The notes below the pieces were generated by a model that made no database searches, was not told where the DNA came from, and saw only the letters and a program-made list of their open reading frames with translations. A DNA stretch of 64,000 nucleotides, from positions 74,222 to 138,221 of the forward strand of contig CAVTRK010000003.1 of assembly GCA_963737095.1 (NCBI GenBank), written 5' to 3'. The position numbers and the translations under genes are program-made. Origin of the DNA: an uncultured Acidobacteriota bacterium. GTDB taxonomy: Bacteria; Acidobacteriota; Terriglobia; Terriglobales; Acidobacteriaceae. Positions 47,501 to 56,460 of this stretch are shown here, piece by piece (the first letter of the stretch is position 1; each line of letters opens with the position of its first letter).

Positions 47501-48352
47501 GTACGCTTCGCCGTGAAAGTGGTCGCTACCGGATTTACTGATGGTGCTGATCACAACCGGACCAAACTCCTGATCTGCCCCGAAGCTCGACGTCAGCACC
47601 GTCATTTCCTGCACCATTTCAGGGTTGATGGTTCCGATCGAGCCGCCCATATCTCCTGGATCGATGACGTTCACACCGTCCGACAACAGCTGCGATGGAC
47701 CGCGATATTCAGAGCCGCTTACATTCAATCCGTTGCCAACGGAACTGGTCTGCGCAGTCACCGTGACGGGGTTGAACGACGGGCCGTTGCTGAGGCCGTT
47801 CGGCGTTTGAACCACGCCCGGCAGCACTTTCAGCATTTCTGTCACGTCGCGGCCTGTCAGTGGAACGTTTTGAATGTCTCTGTAATCGAGCACTTCAGAG
47901 CGCGCGCCCGTGGTGAGCGGGATAATTTGAGTCTCGGCCTGGACCGTGACGCTTTGCGTGGCGCTTCCGACCGCAAGCGCAAAATTTGGAATCGTGCGTG
48001 AGTCGCCGGCATGCAACACAATCCCGGTGATTTCCTTGGGGACGAATCCTTTTGCAGTTGCCTTGACGGAATACGTACCTGGAACGAGAGAGCTAAATGC
48101 GAAGAAGCCAGTTTCGCCACTGGTCGCTTGACGCGTGTCCTGCGTAGCTTGATTGGTCAGCGTGACCTGGGCGCCAGGAATCACAGCTCCCGAAGGATCC
48201 TGCACGGTGCCGGAAACTGTAGCCTCTGTCTGCGCATGTGCAAAAGGTAGAAATACAAAAAGCAGCGCTATTGCCATCAGGAGACTTGCACTGCGTTTCA
48301 AAAGGGATAGGTTGACGTTCGCAGACCTGCCGAACCCATGCAACTGTTTCAT
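44585..48352 (-). CDS. Giant TonB-dependent receptor-like outer-membrane protein with an N-terminal CarboxypepD_reg domain
   Basis: Signal peptide (LLMAIALLFVFLPFAHAQ) and TVSGTVQDPSGAVIPGAQVTLTN...TGFFAFSSLVPGTYSV. About 1100 aa are rich in G/Y/N beta-strands, with a terminal ...LDLKYIF. An SD GGAGG lies 4 nt upstream of ATG 48352. Confidence 0.85.
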   Translation of the reverse strand: MKQLHGFGRSANVNLSLLKRSASLLMAIALLFVFLPFAHAQTEATVSGTVQDPSGAVIPGAQVTLTNQATQDTRQATSGETGFFAFSSLVPGTYSVKATAKGFVPKEITGIVLHAGDSRTIPNFALAVGSATQSVTVQAETQIIPLTTGARSEVLDYRDIQNVPLTGRDVTEMLKVLPGVVQTPNGLSNGPSFNPVTVTAQTSSVGNGLNVSGSEYRGPSQLLSDGVNVIDPGDMGGSIGTINPEMVQEMTVLTSSFGADQEFGPVVISTISKSGSDHFHGEAYFDARNDALNANDWQSNHQGKPKGGAYYYYPGGNFGGYVPKTGKKLFFWGGYEKWIQNQGNANVLQSFIPSPEMMAGDFTSDNADNRALCPNGFSSAVSGQWCNDLTGTILPDGTTVTNGMIPATFVDPASKALSSFWPKANANPQTTPGGYNYYEPIANKVPGWVWRARVDYNLSANTKFYISYQQEYSSSLDQGNGAHIYWTPGNSVPYPGGGLYQYSYTKSAAGHFVHVFNATTTNEVIASWGYGNLPNQPADPNGALKTTFGYPTGPGYGEVFSPGSKLAPAYNSAGNFTFPDFSQGDDYEPSGVYQVRKEDPAFADDFTKVVGSHTLKFGAFTQNTANYQGGGQQMNGIFSYGGQNPNPFLGHIVGSPNNPTANFVMGSVTGYNEANKSPNSDMAYQIVSFYGNDNWKVNNKLSVDIGFRLEHVGHWYDRTGNGMAVFYKSRVASDYYSGKAEPGFYWHGISSGIPLSGQPNRLAFLAPRFGMAYDVFGTGRTMVRGGWGAYRWQDQYNDYAADLQTAQNIRTYSLPGGKEVLQSQIGFINTPLGQAANIAPAPVAGQPGFQPGTGINGGQTGADPTDYGVPLTYTWNLTVDQQLPWNSLLDIAYVGSSSSQMTNMGESSNGSSFNAIADQNKTPVGGLFAPDPATGLVATNPENVSTTCAGQRLCNQFADYHPLGFAYGTNSVYMHQSNFFSNYNALQAQWSKRAGRFIFDFNFTWQKQLGTAALQVNPFVVRANYGVLNVNRPYLFNSNYMYQFGELIHGSNALLRAAANGWTVSGITSWQAGGSLEQEVQGGFVQQLSLSYDNLPANAGAQGITTSIGPNTYYGTDAPLNIMAVLTCNPTSGLASKQRVKLGCFAAPAIGQYGGQKYPYMANAAYLENDLAFYKTFPIKGSQNVQFRFGMGNWMNHPLPQFSSNNQLKLNYLVDYQTKAITPNTATNSPTFGFLDQKSGAPSQRIISLDLKYIF

Positions 48353-48448
48353 CTTGCCTCCAAAAGCCCCGAAGGGGTACACGTTCATACGACTCTTCAC
48401 TCGCGGATTGTCGATCTACCAAGTGGCGACCCGAAAACATAGCACCGA

Positions 48449-48462
48449 CTAAATCGCTTTAC
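48449..48462. promoter_or_regulatory. Candidate LacI-type operator CTAAATCGCTTTAC
   Basis: Lies about 100 nt upstream of the TBDR start. It forms the pseudo-palindrome TAAAT-CG-CTTTA and shares an exact 14-mer with the lacI upstream site. A weaker second copy GACAATCGCTTTTC sits at 48606-48619. Confidence 0.45.
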
Positions 48463-48888
48463 TTGGCCGCAGCAATGTTTATTCCAATTGAAGGTGGATT
48501 GTCAAGCTGTTTTTTTGCTTTCTAAACTGTTTTAGTTACCTTCGAAAGCCCGACATCCACCGGATCACAAATTGCGCAGGGAGACTAGAGGCGCGGAAAA
48601 TTTTAGACAATCGCTTTTCTAGATATGCAACACAGATGCAGCACTAACTCGAAGCAGTCCTGTGAAGAAAGAAAACGTCGCGACTTTTGACTGGATTCAA
48701 TCAATAAAATGCAGCTTAGGCGGGCGAACGCACGGCGAAACAACGCAGGATTTTGGACGCCAGTCAGCTACCACCTCCGAAGGGGGAAAGCGGTCATGGG
48801 TCGCCACATGGGAGGAATGGAATTCACGATCAGCGTTGCGACTCTTAATACGGAAAGAATTGGCCTGCGCTCAAGTGAAAATCCAACT

Positions 48889-49800
48889 TCATTCCGGCTT
48901 CGGCTGAGGTCCGGTGAACGGAGAACAGCAAGGCTTCTGGGTGGGGCGTAGCTGCATAAATTCCACACGGACGTCGTCGGGATCGTATAAGTTGAGTTGA
49001 TATTTTCCATCGCGGCCCATCTGCTTATGCGACGCCGCGGAGGGCTTCCATCCGCGTTGCGAAAGTTTACTCACGACCGTGTCGATGTCCACAACACCCA
49101 GTGAAAAATGGTCGACCACACCCAACTCGCGATGGCTGGGATTGGCAGGAACGTTCAACATATACTCGATCCAGTCAGTGCCGTTCGGCACTTGAATGGA
49201 GATGAAATCGGTGACGCCATCTTTCATCCCACCCTTCCAATAGGGCCTGAAACCAAGGGTTTTCTTATAGAAGTCATCTTCCGCCGCTGGGTTGTGAACT
49301 TGAAACCCTGCATGAATCATTTGCGAACTGATGGCGTGCGAATCGGGAGTCGAATGAGCCGGCATCGGACCGCGCTGGATGAATTCGATGGTGTTCCCTT
49401 CCGGATCTTTCACCTGAAATCCCTGGCTGCCATCTTTCCAGCGCGTGACAGAATCTGGAACTGTCACGCCCTGCTGTGCCAGGTAGCAGCGCATCTGTTT
49501 TGCGTCTGTGGTTGCAAATGCGACGTAGCGGAAGGGATGCTCCTCGGGGCTGGTGGCGGGAACTATTTCCACCCACTGCTTCGGCACACCGAAAAAACGT
49601 AAACCATCCGGAGCTTCGACGGAGGGACTTGCCACCCACCCGATAGTTTTCTCATAGAAGGCTCGATCCGCTGGGAGGCTTTGCGCCGCCAATCCGATGC
49701 CCGCAATCGCGGTGATCGCGGGACGGGTCACCGGGGCCTTCTGCGAAAACGCCAACGCAGCCATGCCAGTTATTAACGCCAGGCAAAAAATATTTTTCAC
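48889..49800 (-). CDS. Secreted two-domain VOC (glyoxalase/bleomycin-resistance/dioxygenase) superfamily protein
   Basis: Signal peptide (MKNIFCLALITGMAALAFSQ). Two beta-alpha-beta-beta-beta-like halves end in FQVKDPEGNTIEF and YQLNLYDPDDVRVEFMQ. GTG start with SD GGAG. The family call is by pattern only. Confidence 0.55.
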   Translation of the reverse strand: MKNIFCLALITGMAALAFSQKAPVTRPAITAIAGIGLAAQSLPADRAFYEKTIGWVASPSVEAPDGLRFFGVPKQWVEIVPATSPEEHPFRYVAFATTDAKQMRCYLAQQGVTVPDSVTRWKDGSQGFQVKDPEGNTIEFIQRGPMPAHSTPDSHAISSQMIHAGFQVHNPAAEDDFYKKTLGFRPYWKGGMKDGVTDFISIQVPNGTDWIEYMLNVPANPSHRELGVVDHFSLGVVDIDTVVSKLSQRGWKPSAASHKQMGRDGKYQLNLYDPDDVRVEFMQLRPTQKPCCSPFTGPQPKPE

Positions 49801-49988
49801 AAGATCTCCTATGCGCCGCTTGTTTTCACTTTACGCTCTAAAGCATACTGCCGAACCGGCTCTCATGACATCCACAGTATCTACTGAAACGATTTACTGG
49901 CTGGTATTTCGCAATCCGCTTCATATATATTGGGGTCGCTTAATCCGTCCTGGCATCTCGGTTCCAGGATTTTCCGGGAGTGTGTTCA

Positions 49989-51893
49989 GTGAAACTGAAA
50001 TCTGTACTTGTATTCATTGTGGCGATTGCTACGCTGCCTTCAACCAGTTTTGCAGGGGCGGCCGCTCCGGGAGCACCTCACCAGAATTTCCGAGTCGCGG
50101 TATATATCCCCGTGCAAATTGTGGAGCACATGAAAGACCGGCAGTGGCTGGAGTCTTCCTGGGCAGATATCAATCGCCAGGTGAAAGTCGACAAAGTTTA
50201 CATTGAGACCTATCGCAGCGGCGTAATTGCCGACGATGCACTGATTGACAGCGTGAAGAAGTTCTTTCTGGACCGCGGCGTCCAGGTTGGCGGCGGCATC
50301 GCATTCACCGCAGCGGACAGCAGCCAGTTCCGCTCCTTTTGCTATACGAAGCCGGAAGAACGGGATTACGTGCGCCGCGTATCGGAGCTGACGGCGCGCC
50401 ACTTTGACGACATTATTCTCGACGATTTCTTCTTCAATAACACGAAGACCGATTCCGACATCTCCGCAAAGGGCGACAAAAGCTGGACACAATTTCGGCT
50501 GGCGCTGATGGACGAAGTTGCACAGAACCTTGTTGTTGATGCAGCTCGATCCGTCAATCCAAACGTAAAAGTCACGATCAAATTTCCCAATTGGTATCCC
50601 CATTTTCCGGGCCTCGGATTTGACCTGGATAAAGAACCACAGATTTTTAACTCAATCTATACGGGCACAGAAACGCGCGATCCGGTGGCCACGGACCAGC
50701 AATTGCAGCCTTACGAGAGCTACCAGATCTTCCGTTATTTTGAAAACATCAAGCCGGGCGCAAATCTAGGCGGATGGGTCGATACCTACGACATTCGCAC
50801 CATCGACCGTTATGGCGAGCAATTGTGGGACACCATGTTCGCGAAGGCTCCCGAGATCACGCTATTCAATTGGGACGCGCTGCTAAAGCCTGCGGTGCCC
50901 GGAGACCGCGATGCGTGGAAGTCCCTCGACACAACGTTCAACTACGACGCGATGCTTGCATGGCACAAAGCCTCTGACGTTCGCGGCACACCGGACATGG
51001 CCACCGCAGCCGGCTATGCACTCGCGGAAGTCGATCCGATTGTCGGTCAGCTGGGGCGGCCCATCGGCCTGAAAAGCTATAAACCGTATCAATCCAGCGG
51101 CGAAGATTATCTTCACAATTATCTCGGCATGATTGGAATTCCGATTGACATGTATCCGACTTTTCCGACGGACGCCCCTATGGTTTTGCTGACGGAATCT
51201 GCAAAGGGCGACCCGCAGATTGTAGACAAGATTAAGGGTCAGTTGCGAGACGGCAAGGATGTCGTGATCACCTCCGGCCTGCTCCACGCCCTGCAAGGTC
51301 ATGGCATCGAAGACATCGTCGAGATGCATGAAACAGGACAACTCCTCAACGTGGATACATATTGGGGCGCGTTCGGTCCGGGGGGCGGAAACGACCTGGG
51401 AAAATCTAAGCCCATTCTCGTTCCTCGCATCGGTTTTCTGACCAACGATGCCTGGCCCGTGGTGCGAGCGACCGCCAATGGATATGCGGCCCCAATGCTG
51501 TTGATGGACCGGTATTCGAAGGGGATACTCCTGGTTCTAACCATTCCTGAAAACTTCAACGATCTGTACTCGCTTCCGCAACCGGTGTTAACGGCTCTGC
51601 GGAGTTATTTGCTGCAAGGGTTTCCCGTCCAGTTGGATGCACCCAGCCAGGTGGGCCTTTTCGTCTATGACAACGATCATTTCGTGATGCAATCGTTTCG
51701 TGATGCGCCGACCAAAGTGACTGTGTCAATCCTCGGATCCCACTCGACGATTCGAAACATCGCCACGGGCGCGACCATCTCCGGCGAGCCGGTGCCAATG
51801 CATCCCAAAGGACAGATGCCTCTCACGGCGAAGCGCACCAGCTTTAGACTGACCATCATGCCGCACAGCTTCGTGGCGCTGGCCGAACAATAG
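49989..51893 (+). CDS. Uncharacterised secreted protein (~634 aa)
   Basis: Long clean ORF. GGGAG lies 8 nt upstream of GTG 49989. Signal peptide (KLKSVLVFIVAIATLPSTSFAGA). I recognise no family motif. Alternating beta/alpha-like segments (FRVAVYIPV, KVYIETY, DDIILDDFFF, VKVTIKFPNWY) hint at a TIM-barrel. Confidence 0.6.
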   Translation: MKLKSVLVFIVAIATLPSTSFAGAAAPGAPHQNFRVAVYIPVQIVEHMKDRQWLESSWADINRQVKVDKVYIETYRSGVIADDALIDSVKKFFLDRGVQVGGGIAFTAADSSQFRSFCYTKPEERDYVRRVSELTARHFDDIILDDFFFNNTKTDSDISAKGDKSWTQFRLALMDEVAQNLVVDAARSVNPNVKVTIKFPNWYPHFPGLGFDLDKEPQIFNSIYTGTETRDPVATDQQLQPYESYQIFRYFENIKPGANLGGWVDTYDIRTIDRYGEQLWDTMFAKAPEITLFNWDALLKPAVPGDRDAWKSLDTTFNYDAMLAWHKASDVRGTPDMATAAGYALAEVDPIVGQLGRPIGLKSYKPYQSSGEDYLHNYLGMIGIPIDMYPTFPTDAPMVLLTESAKGDPQIVDKIKGQLRDGKDVVITSGLLHALQGHGIEDIVEMHETGQLLNVDTYWGAFGPGGGNDLGKSKPILVPRIGFLTNDAWPVVRATANGYAAPMLLMDRYSKGILLVLTIPENFNDLYSLPQPVLTALRSYLLQGFPVQLDAPSQVGLFVYDNDHFVMQSFRDAPTKVTVSILGSHSTIRNIATGATISGEPVPMHPKGQMPLTAKRTSFRLTIMPHSFVALAEQ

Positions 51894-51894
51894 C

Positions 51895-53151
51895 TCAAGG
51901 ATGGAACAAGGATAGCGGGACGGCATCCGCCATCGCGCGATAACCCGCAGGCGACGGATGCAGATGATCGCCAGAATCGTAGCTTGGCAGTAGTCGGTCG
52001 GGATGATTCGGGTCCCGCATCACCTGGTCGAAGTCAAGAACAGCATCAAAATGTCCCGGCGCGCGAATCCATGCATTGACCTCGTTTCGATCGGCTTCAT
52101 CCCTGGCGGTCGGATGGTAGTAATCGGAACCCACGTAGGGCGTGATTGTTGCCCCGATGATTTCAATCCCATGCGAGTGCGCTCGCAAAATCATTTGCTG
52201 ATATGCGGCCAGAATGTGAGCCACCAACTCTTCATGGTCTGCAACCGGCACTTCTCCCTGACGCGTCAGCCCGCCGAGATCGTTCACGCCCTCAAAGACA
52301 ATCACATAGCGCACTCCGGTCTGCGCAAGCACATCTCGATTGAATCGCGCCAAAGCATTCGGCCCCAGTCCATCCACCAGAAGATGGTTGCCGCCAATGC
52401 CCTCGTTCAGCACTCCTATATGTTGTGAGGCAGCCGAACCTTGTAGCCGTTGTGCGAGGTCATCCGTCCAGCGATCGTTTCCATTTGTGGTGGACGCGTG
52501 TCCGTCGGTGATGGAGTCTCCCAGGACCACGATGGAAACTGGATTCGCCTGCGTTGTCACGTCGACCGCGGCAATTTGATACCAGTGATCCACCTTCATC
52601 GCATTCGGTAACGTAGCGTCCGACACCAGGTTGCCATGCGCCACGTACGAGGTCGCTCGCGATCCCGGATGCCCAGTCTCTTGCGCGGGCGGCTCTTGCA
52701 AATGAAAAGTGATTGCCAGATTAGAGAGAGCGGCTACAGGTAAATCAACGGGGTCGGAGATATACTCCGCACCCGCCGGAATCACCACTTCGGAACTCCC
52801 CGCGAAGGTCAGGGGCCTATCCGTTTTTACATCGATCTGGTCGCTCGACGGCGATACCGGCTGCGCAATGTGGACTGAATCGATTCGTAACGGAGCCGTA
52901 CCGAACGCGTTAGACAGATGCACACGCAGCACCGCCCCACCGACTGAAAGATGCACAATCTGGCGCAGCGTCGCATCCCGCAAATCACCTGGGGGCAGTG
53001 CATTCGCCGGCTCCGGGATCTGCTGCGACGATGCCCATGTGCCCACCCAATGCGCGGCAGCAGAAGGTGCGTTCTGTGCGAAAGCGGGAAAGAGCGCTAT
53101 CGCGGACATGCAGACGGCTAGCGTGAGTGTGACCTGAAATCTAAATCGCAT
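51895..53151 (-). CDS. Secreted SGNH/GDSL hydrolase (probable carbohydrate esterase) with an N-terminal beta-sandwich
   Basis: SGNH blocks are present: VVLGDSITDG (I), NEGIGGN (II), VIVFEGVNDL (III) and GDHLHPS (V). Signal peptide (LTLAVCMSAIALFPAFAQ). Confidence 0.8.
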   Translation of the reverse strand: MRFRFQVTLTLAVCMSAIALFPAFAQNAPSAAAHWVGTWASSQQIPEPANALPPGDLRDATLRQIVHLSVGGAVLRVHLSNAFGTAPLRIDSVHIAQPVSPSSDQIDVKTDRPLTFAGSSEVVIPAGAEYISDPVDLPVAALSNLAITFHLQEPPAQETGHPGSRATSYVAHGNLVSDATLPNAMKVDHWYQIAAVDVTTQANPVSIVVLGDSITDGHASTTNGNDRWTDDLAQRLQGSAASQHIGVLNEGIGGNHLLVDGLGPNALARFNRDVLAQTGVRYVIVFEGVNDLGGLTRQGEVPVADHEELVAHILAAYQQMILRAHSHGIEIIGATITPYVGSDYYHPTARDEADRNEVNAWIRAPGHFDAVLDFDQVMRDPNHPDRLLPSYDSGDHLHPSPAGYRAMADAVPLSLFHP

Positions 53152-53154
53152 TAG
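53141..53154. promoter_or_regulatory. CTAAATCGCATTAG motif overlapping the SGNH start codon, in the SGNH/GH115 divergent region
   Basis: Exact 8-mer CTAAATCG with palindromic arms CTAA...TTAG. It overlaps ATG 53151, so it may be coincidental coding sequence. Confidence 0.3.
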
Positions 53155-53361
53155 AGTTGCCGGTTTTCTGCACGTGGACTAGCATAGCCCTTGTTTTCCG
53201 CCGCGGCCAAATTTTATCCGGAGGATCGGGTGCGACGGCCTTCTCGATTTGATGAGCCTGCATTGTGGTGGAGAGTTCCACATCTGGACACCGGAATAAG
53301 CAGCGGAACGTAAAACAGGGGACATGCCGCCATGGTTGTTCAGCGATGGATTCGTGTGACA

Positions 53362-56241
53362 ATGCCACTACATCTGCGAATGCCATTGCTGGTTATTTTC
53401 CTGTTCTGCTGCAGTTCCCTGTTTGCTTTCACGCCTGGAGAAACTCCCTACATCGAGACCAAAGCATCGCCCGGCAGCTTCCGCATAGCCGCCAACGGTC
53501 AAGCCAGTCCGATTTATGTGGACGTCAATGACGATCCCGCAGTCCTCCGCGCTGCTCACGATTTGCAGTCCGACATTCGCCGCGTAACTTCATTGACACC
53601 GGGCATCACCCATGGCGCTCCATTGCCATCCAATGTCATTCTGATCGGAACCATCGGCAGCAGCGCCATCATCGATCAACTCATCCGCGACAAAACAATT
53701 GATGTGGATGCCATTCGCGGCAAGTGGGAATCAAACTTGATCCAGGTGGTTGCGCATCCGCTGCCTGGGGTCGCAAGCGCTCTGGTGATTGCCGGCAGCG
53801 ATAGGCGCGGAACCATCTTCGGCATCTACGACCTGTCGGAACAGATTGGCGTGTCCCCCTGGTATTGGTGGGCGGATGTGCCAGTCCCACATCAAGACTC
53901 ACTCTACGTCAAGCCGGGGAAATACATCGAAGGCGAGCCGGCGGTGAAGTATCGCGGAATTTTTCTCAACGATGAAGCGCCGTCGCTCACAAATTGGGTC
54001 AATGAAAAATACGGCTGCTTCAACCATTTGTTTTATGAGCGCGTCTTTGAATTGCTGCTTCGTCTAAAGGCCAATTATCTGTGGCCTGCGATGTGGAACA
54101 GCGCCTTCTACGAAGATGACCCGCTGAACGGAAAGCTGGCGAATGAGTACGGCATCGTCATGGGCACCTCCCATCACGAACCTATGATGCGTGCTTTTCA
54201 GGAATGGCAGCGCCACGGCGTGGGACCTTGGGATTACTCGACAAATGCAACCAACCTGAATACGTTTTGGGAATACGGAATCCAGCGCGGTCGAAATTGG
54301 GAAAGCACCATCACCATCGGCATGCGCGGCAACGGCGACGAGCCGATGTCGGCGACCGATAACATCGCGCTGCTGGAGAAAATCATCTCCGACCAGCGAG
54401 GCATCATCGCGAAAAACCTGACACCCACGCTGGCTGCGGACCCCCAGGTCTGGGCACTCTATAAGGAGGTACAAAGTTATTACGACAAGGGCATGCGTGT
54501 CCCCGACGATGTGACCCTGCTATGGAGTGACGACAACTGGGGAAATATTCGCCGACTTCCAACTCCAGCCGAGCGAAATCGAGCGGGCGGCGCGGGAATT
54601 TATTACCACTTCGATTATGTGGGTGATCCGCGCTCGTATAAGTGGCTCAACACCTATCCCATCACCAAAGTTTGGGAACAGATGAACCTGGCCCACGCGT
54701 ATGGGGCGAATCGTATCTGGGTTGTCAACGTGGGTGACCTGAAACCAATGGAATTTCCCATTGAATTTTTTCTGGATTACGCCCGCGACCCAGACCGATG
54801 GAATCAGGACAATCTAACTACTTACACGCAGCTATGGGCGACGCGAAATTTTGGCCCGGAACATGCCGCAGAGATTGCCGACCTGATCTCCAAATACACC
54901 AAGTACAACGGGAGGCGAAAGCCGGAGCAATTGGAGCCGAATACCTTCAGCCTGATTCATTTTCAAGAGGCGGAGCGCGTGGAAGCCGATTGGGAAGCGA
55001 TCACCAAAGAAGCCGAAAGGATCCAGCAGGAACTTCCGCCTGCTTACCGTGATGCTTTTTTTGAACTGGTACTGTATCCGGTCAAGGCGTCGGCCATCGT
55101 GAACGAGCTATACATTACTGCGGGACAGAATCGTCTGTACGCCATTCAGGGACGCGTAAGCGCCAACGACCTGGCAATCCGCGCACGCAAACTGTTTGCC
55201 GCCGATGCTGCGCTTTCCGCGGAGTACAACCATCAACTGGCCCATGGCAAATGGGATCACATGATGGATCAGACTCACATCGGTTATATGTACTGGAACC
55301 AGCCGCCGTTGAACAGGATGCCTGCCGTGAACGAGGTGCAGCCGGTTTCGGGCGCAAGGATGGGTGTTGCGGTCGAAGGGTCCGCCGTCGCTTCCGATCG
55401 CGCGCTGGCCTTTGATGGCGGTGGTTTATCTCTGCCGACGTTCGACGTCTACAACCAGCAGACGAGATTCATCGATATCTTCAACCAGGGAGACCAGTCC
55501 TTCGCCTTTACAGTGCGCAGCGATCATCCCTGGATTGCGGTAACTCCGGATCATGGCACCGTCGCAAAAGATCAGCGACTGCTGGTTCACATCGATTGGA
55601 GCCAGGTGCCCCAGGGCGAGAATTCCGGCAGCGTTTCGATCTCGCAGCGTTCCGGCCCGACGATCACTGTCCACCTTGTTGCATCGAATCCGGCGACACC
55701 ATCGCGCAACAATTTGCAGGGGTTTGTCGAGAGTAACCATTATGTCTCCATTGAAGCCGCGCATTTCACCAGCCAAACCAGCGAAGGCGAAGCTCACTGG
55801 ACCGATCTTCCAGACTTTGGCGAGACGCTTTCCGGAATGACAATTTTTCCCGTCACCGCAGCAAGTGTGCTGCCGCCGAAGCCCGCGGCATCGCTCGAAT
55901 ACAAAATGTATCTATTCGAGCCCGGGACGTACCAGGTGGAGGCGATTCTTGCCCCTACTCTAAATTTCGTTCCGGGGCGTGGACTTCGGTATGCCATCTC
56001 GTTCGATGACCAACCGCCCTTCGTCGTAGACGCGCTGGCGGATAGTTCCGAGAAGGCGTGGGCCGCTGCTGTCAGTGACGGAGTTCGCAAGGTCATGTCG
56101 ACATTCACGATCGCGCAACCCGGCTATCACACCCTGAGATTTCGCATGGTAGATCCAGGAATCGTGTTGGAGAAGCTCGTTATCAGCCAGGGCCCGATCC
56201 CGTCCAGTTACCTTGGACCGCCCGAAAGTCACCATCCATAG
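53362..56241 (+). CDS. Secreted GH115 xylan alpha-glucuronidase
   Basis: Motifs GTIFGIYDLSEQIGVSPWYWWADV, KYRGIFLNDEAPSL, NYLWPAMWNSAF and GTSHHEPMMRA. Signal peptide (MPLHLRMPLLVIFLFCCSSLFAF). Confidence 0.85.
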   Translation: MPLHLRMPLLVIFLFCCSSLFAFTPGETPYIETKASPGSFRIAANGQASPIYVDVNDDPAVLRAAHDLQSDIRRVTSLTPGITHGAPLPSNVILIGTIGSSAIIDQLIRDKTIDVDAIRGKWESNLIQVVAHPLPGVASALVIAGSDRRGTIFGIYDLSEQIGVSPWYWWADVPVPHQDSLYVKPGKYIEGEPAVKYRGIFLNDEAPSLTNWVNEKYGCFNHLFYERVFELLLRLKANYLWPAMWNSAFYEDDPLNGKLANEYGIVMGTSHHEPMMRAFQEWQRHGVGPWDYSTNATNLNTFWEYGIQRGRNWESTITIGMRGNGDEPMSATDNIALLEKIISDQRGIIAKNLTPTLAADPQVWALYKEVQSYYDKGMRVPDDVTLLWSDDNWGNIRRLPTPAERNRAGGAGIYYHFDYVGDPRSYKWLNTYPITKVWEQMNLAHAYGANRIWVVNVGDLKPMEFPIEFFLDYARDPDRWNQDNLTTYTQLWATRNFGPEHAAEIADLISKYTKYNGRRKPEQLEPNTFSLIHFQEAERVEADWEAITKEAERIQQELPPAYRDAFFELVLYPVKASAIVNELYITAGQNRLYAIQGRVSANDLAIRARKLFAADAALSAEYNHQLAHGKWDHMMDQTHIGYMYWNQPPLNRMPAVNEVQPVSGARMGVAVEGSAVASDRALAFDGGGLSLPTFDVYNQQTRFIDIFNQGDQSFAFTVRSDHPWIAVTPDHGTVAKDQRLLVHIDWSQVPQGENSGSVSISQRSGPTITVHLVASNPATPSRNNLQGFVESNHYVSIEAAHFTSQTSEGEAHWTDLPDFGETLSGMTIFPVTAASVLPPKPAASLEYKMYLFEPGTYQVEAILAPTLNFVPGRGLRYAISFDDQPPFVVDALADSSEKAWAAAVSDGVRKVMSTFTIAQPGYHTLRFRMVDPGIVLEKLVISQGPIPSSYLGPPESHHP

Positions 56242-56314
56242 ACGGTCGGAGCAACGAATCCCGGGGTAGAATTCCAGCAAGTTGACTTCATTGGCCATCG
56301 ATTTGTAAATTTGG

Positions 56315-56333
56315 GCCGGGAGATTTTCCCGGC
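56315..56333 (+). terminator. Hairpin downstream of GH115 (weak terminator candidate)
   Basis: GCCGGGA-GATTT-TCCCGGC forms a 7-bp stem. No U-tract follows. Confidence 0.3.
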
Positions 56334-56460
56334 GGAACTGTCGCGATAAGAGGGCCACTTATCCACCAAGCTTTTCAACGGGTGTTCATCATTTCGTGCA
56401 TCTGAGCGCCTACTATGTAGCTATACGGTCGCTGGAGGTACCAGCGAAGGAAAGCAGCGC

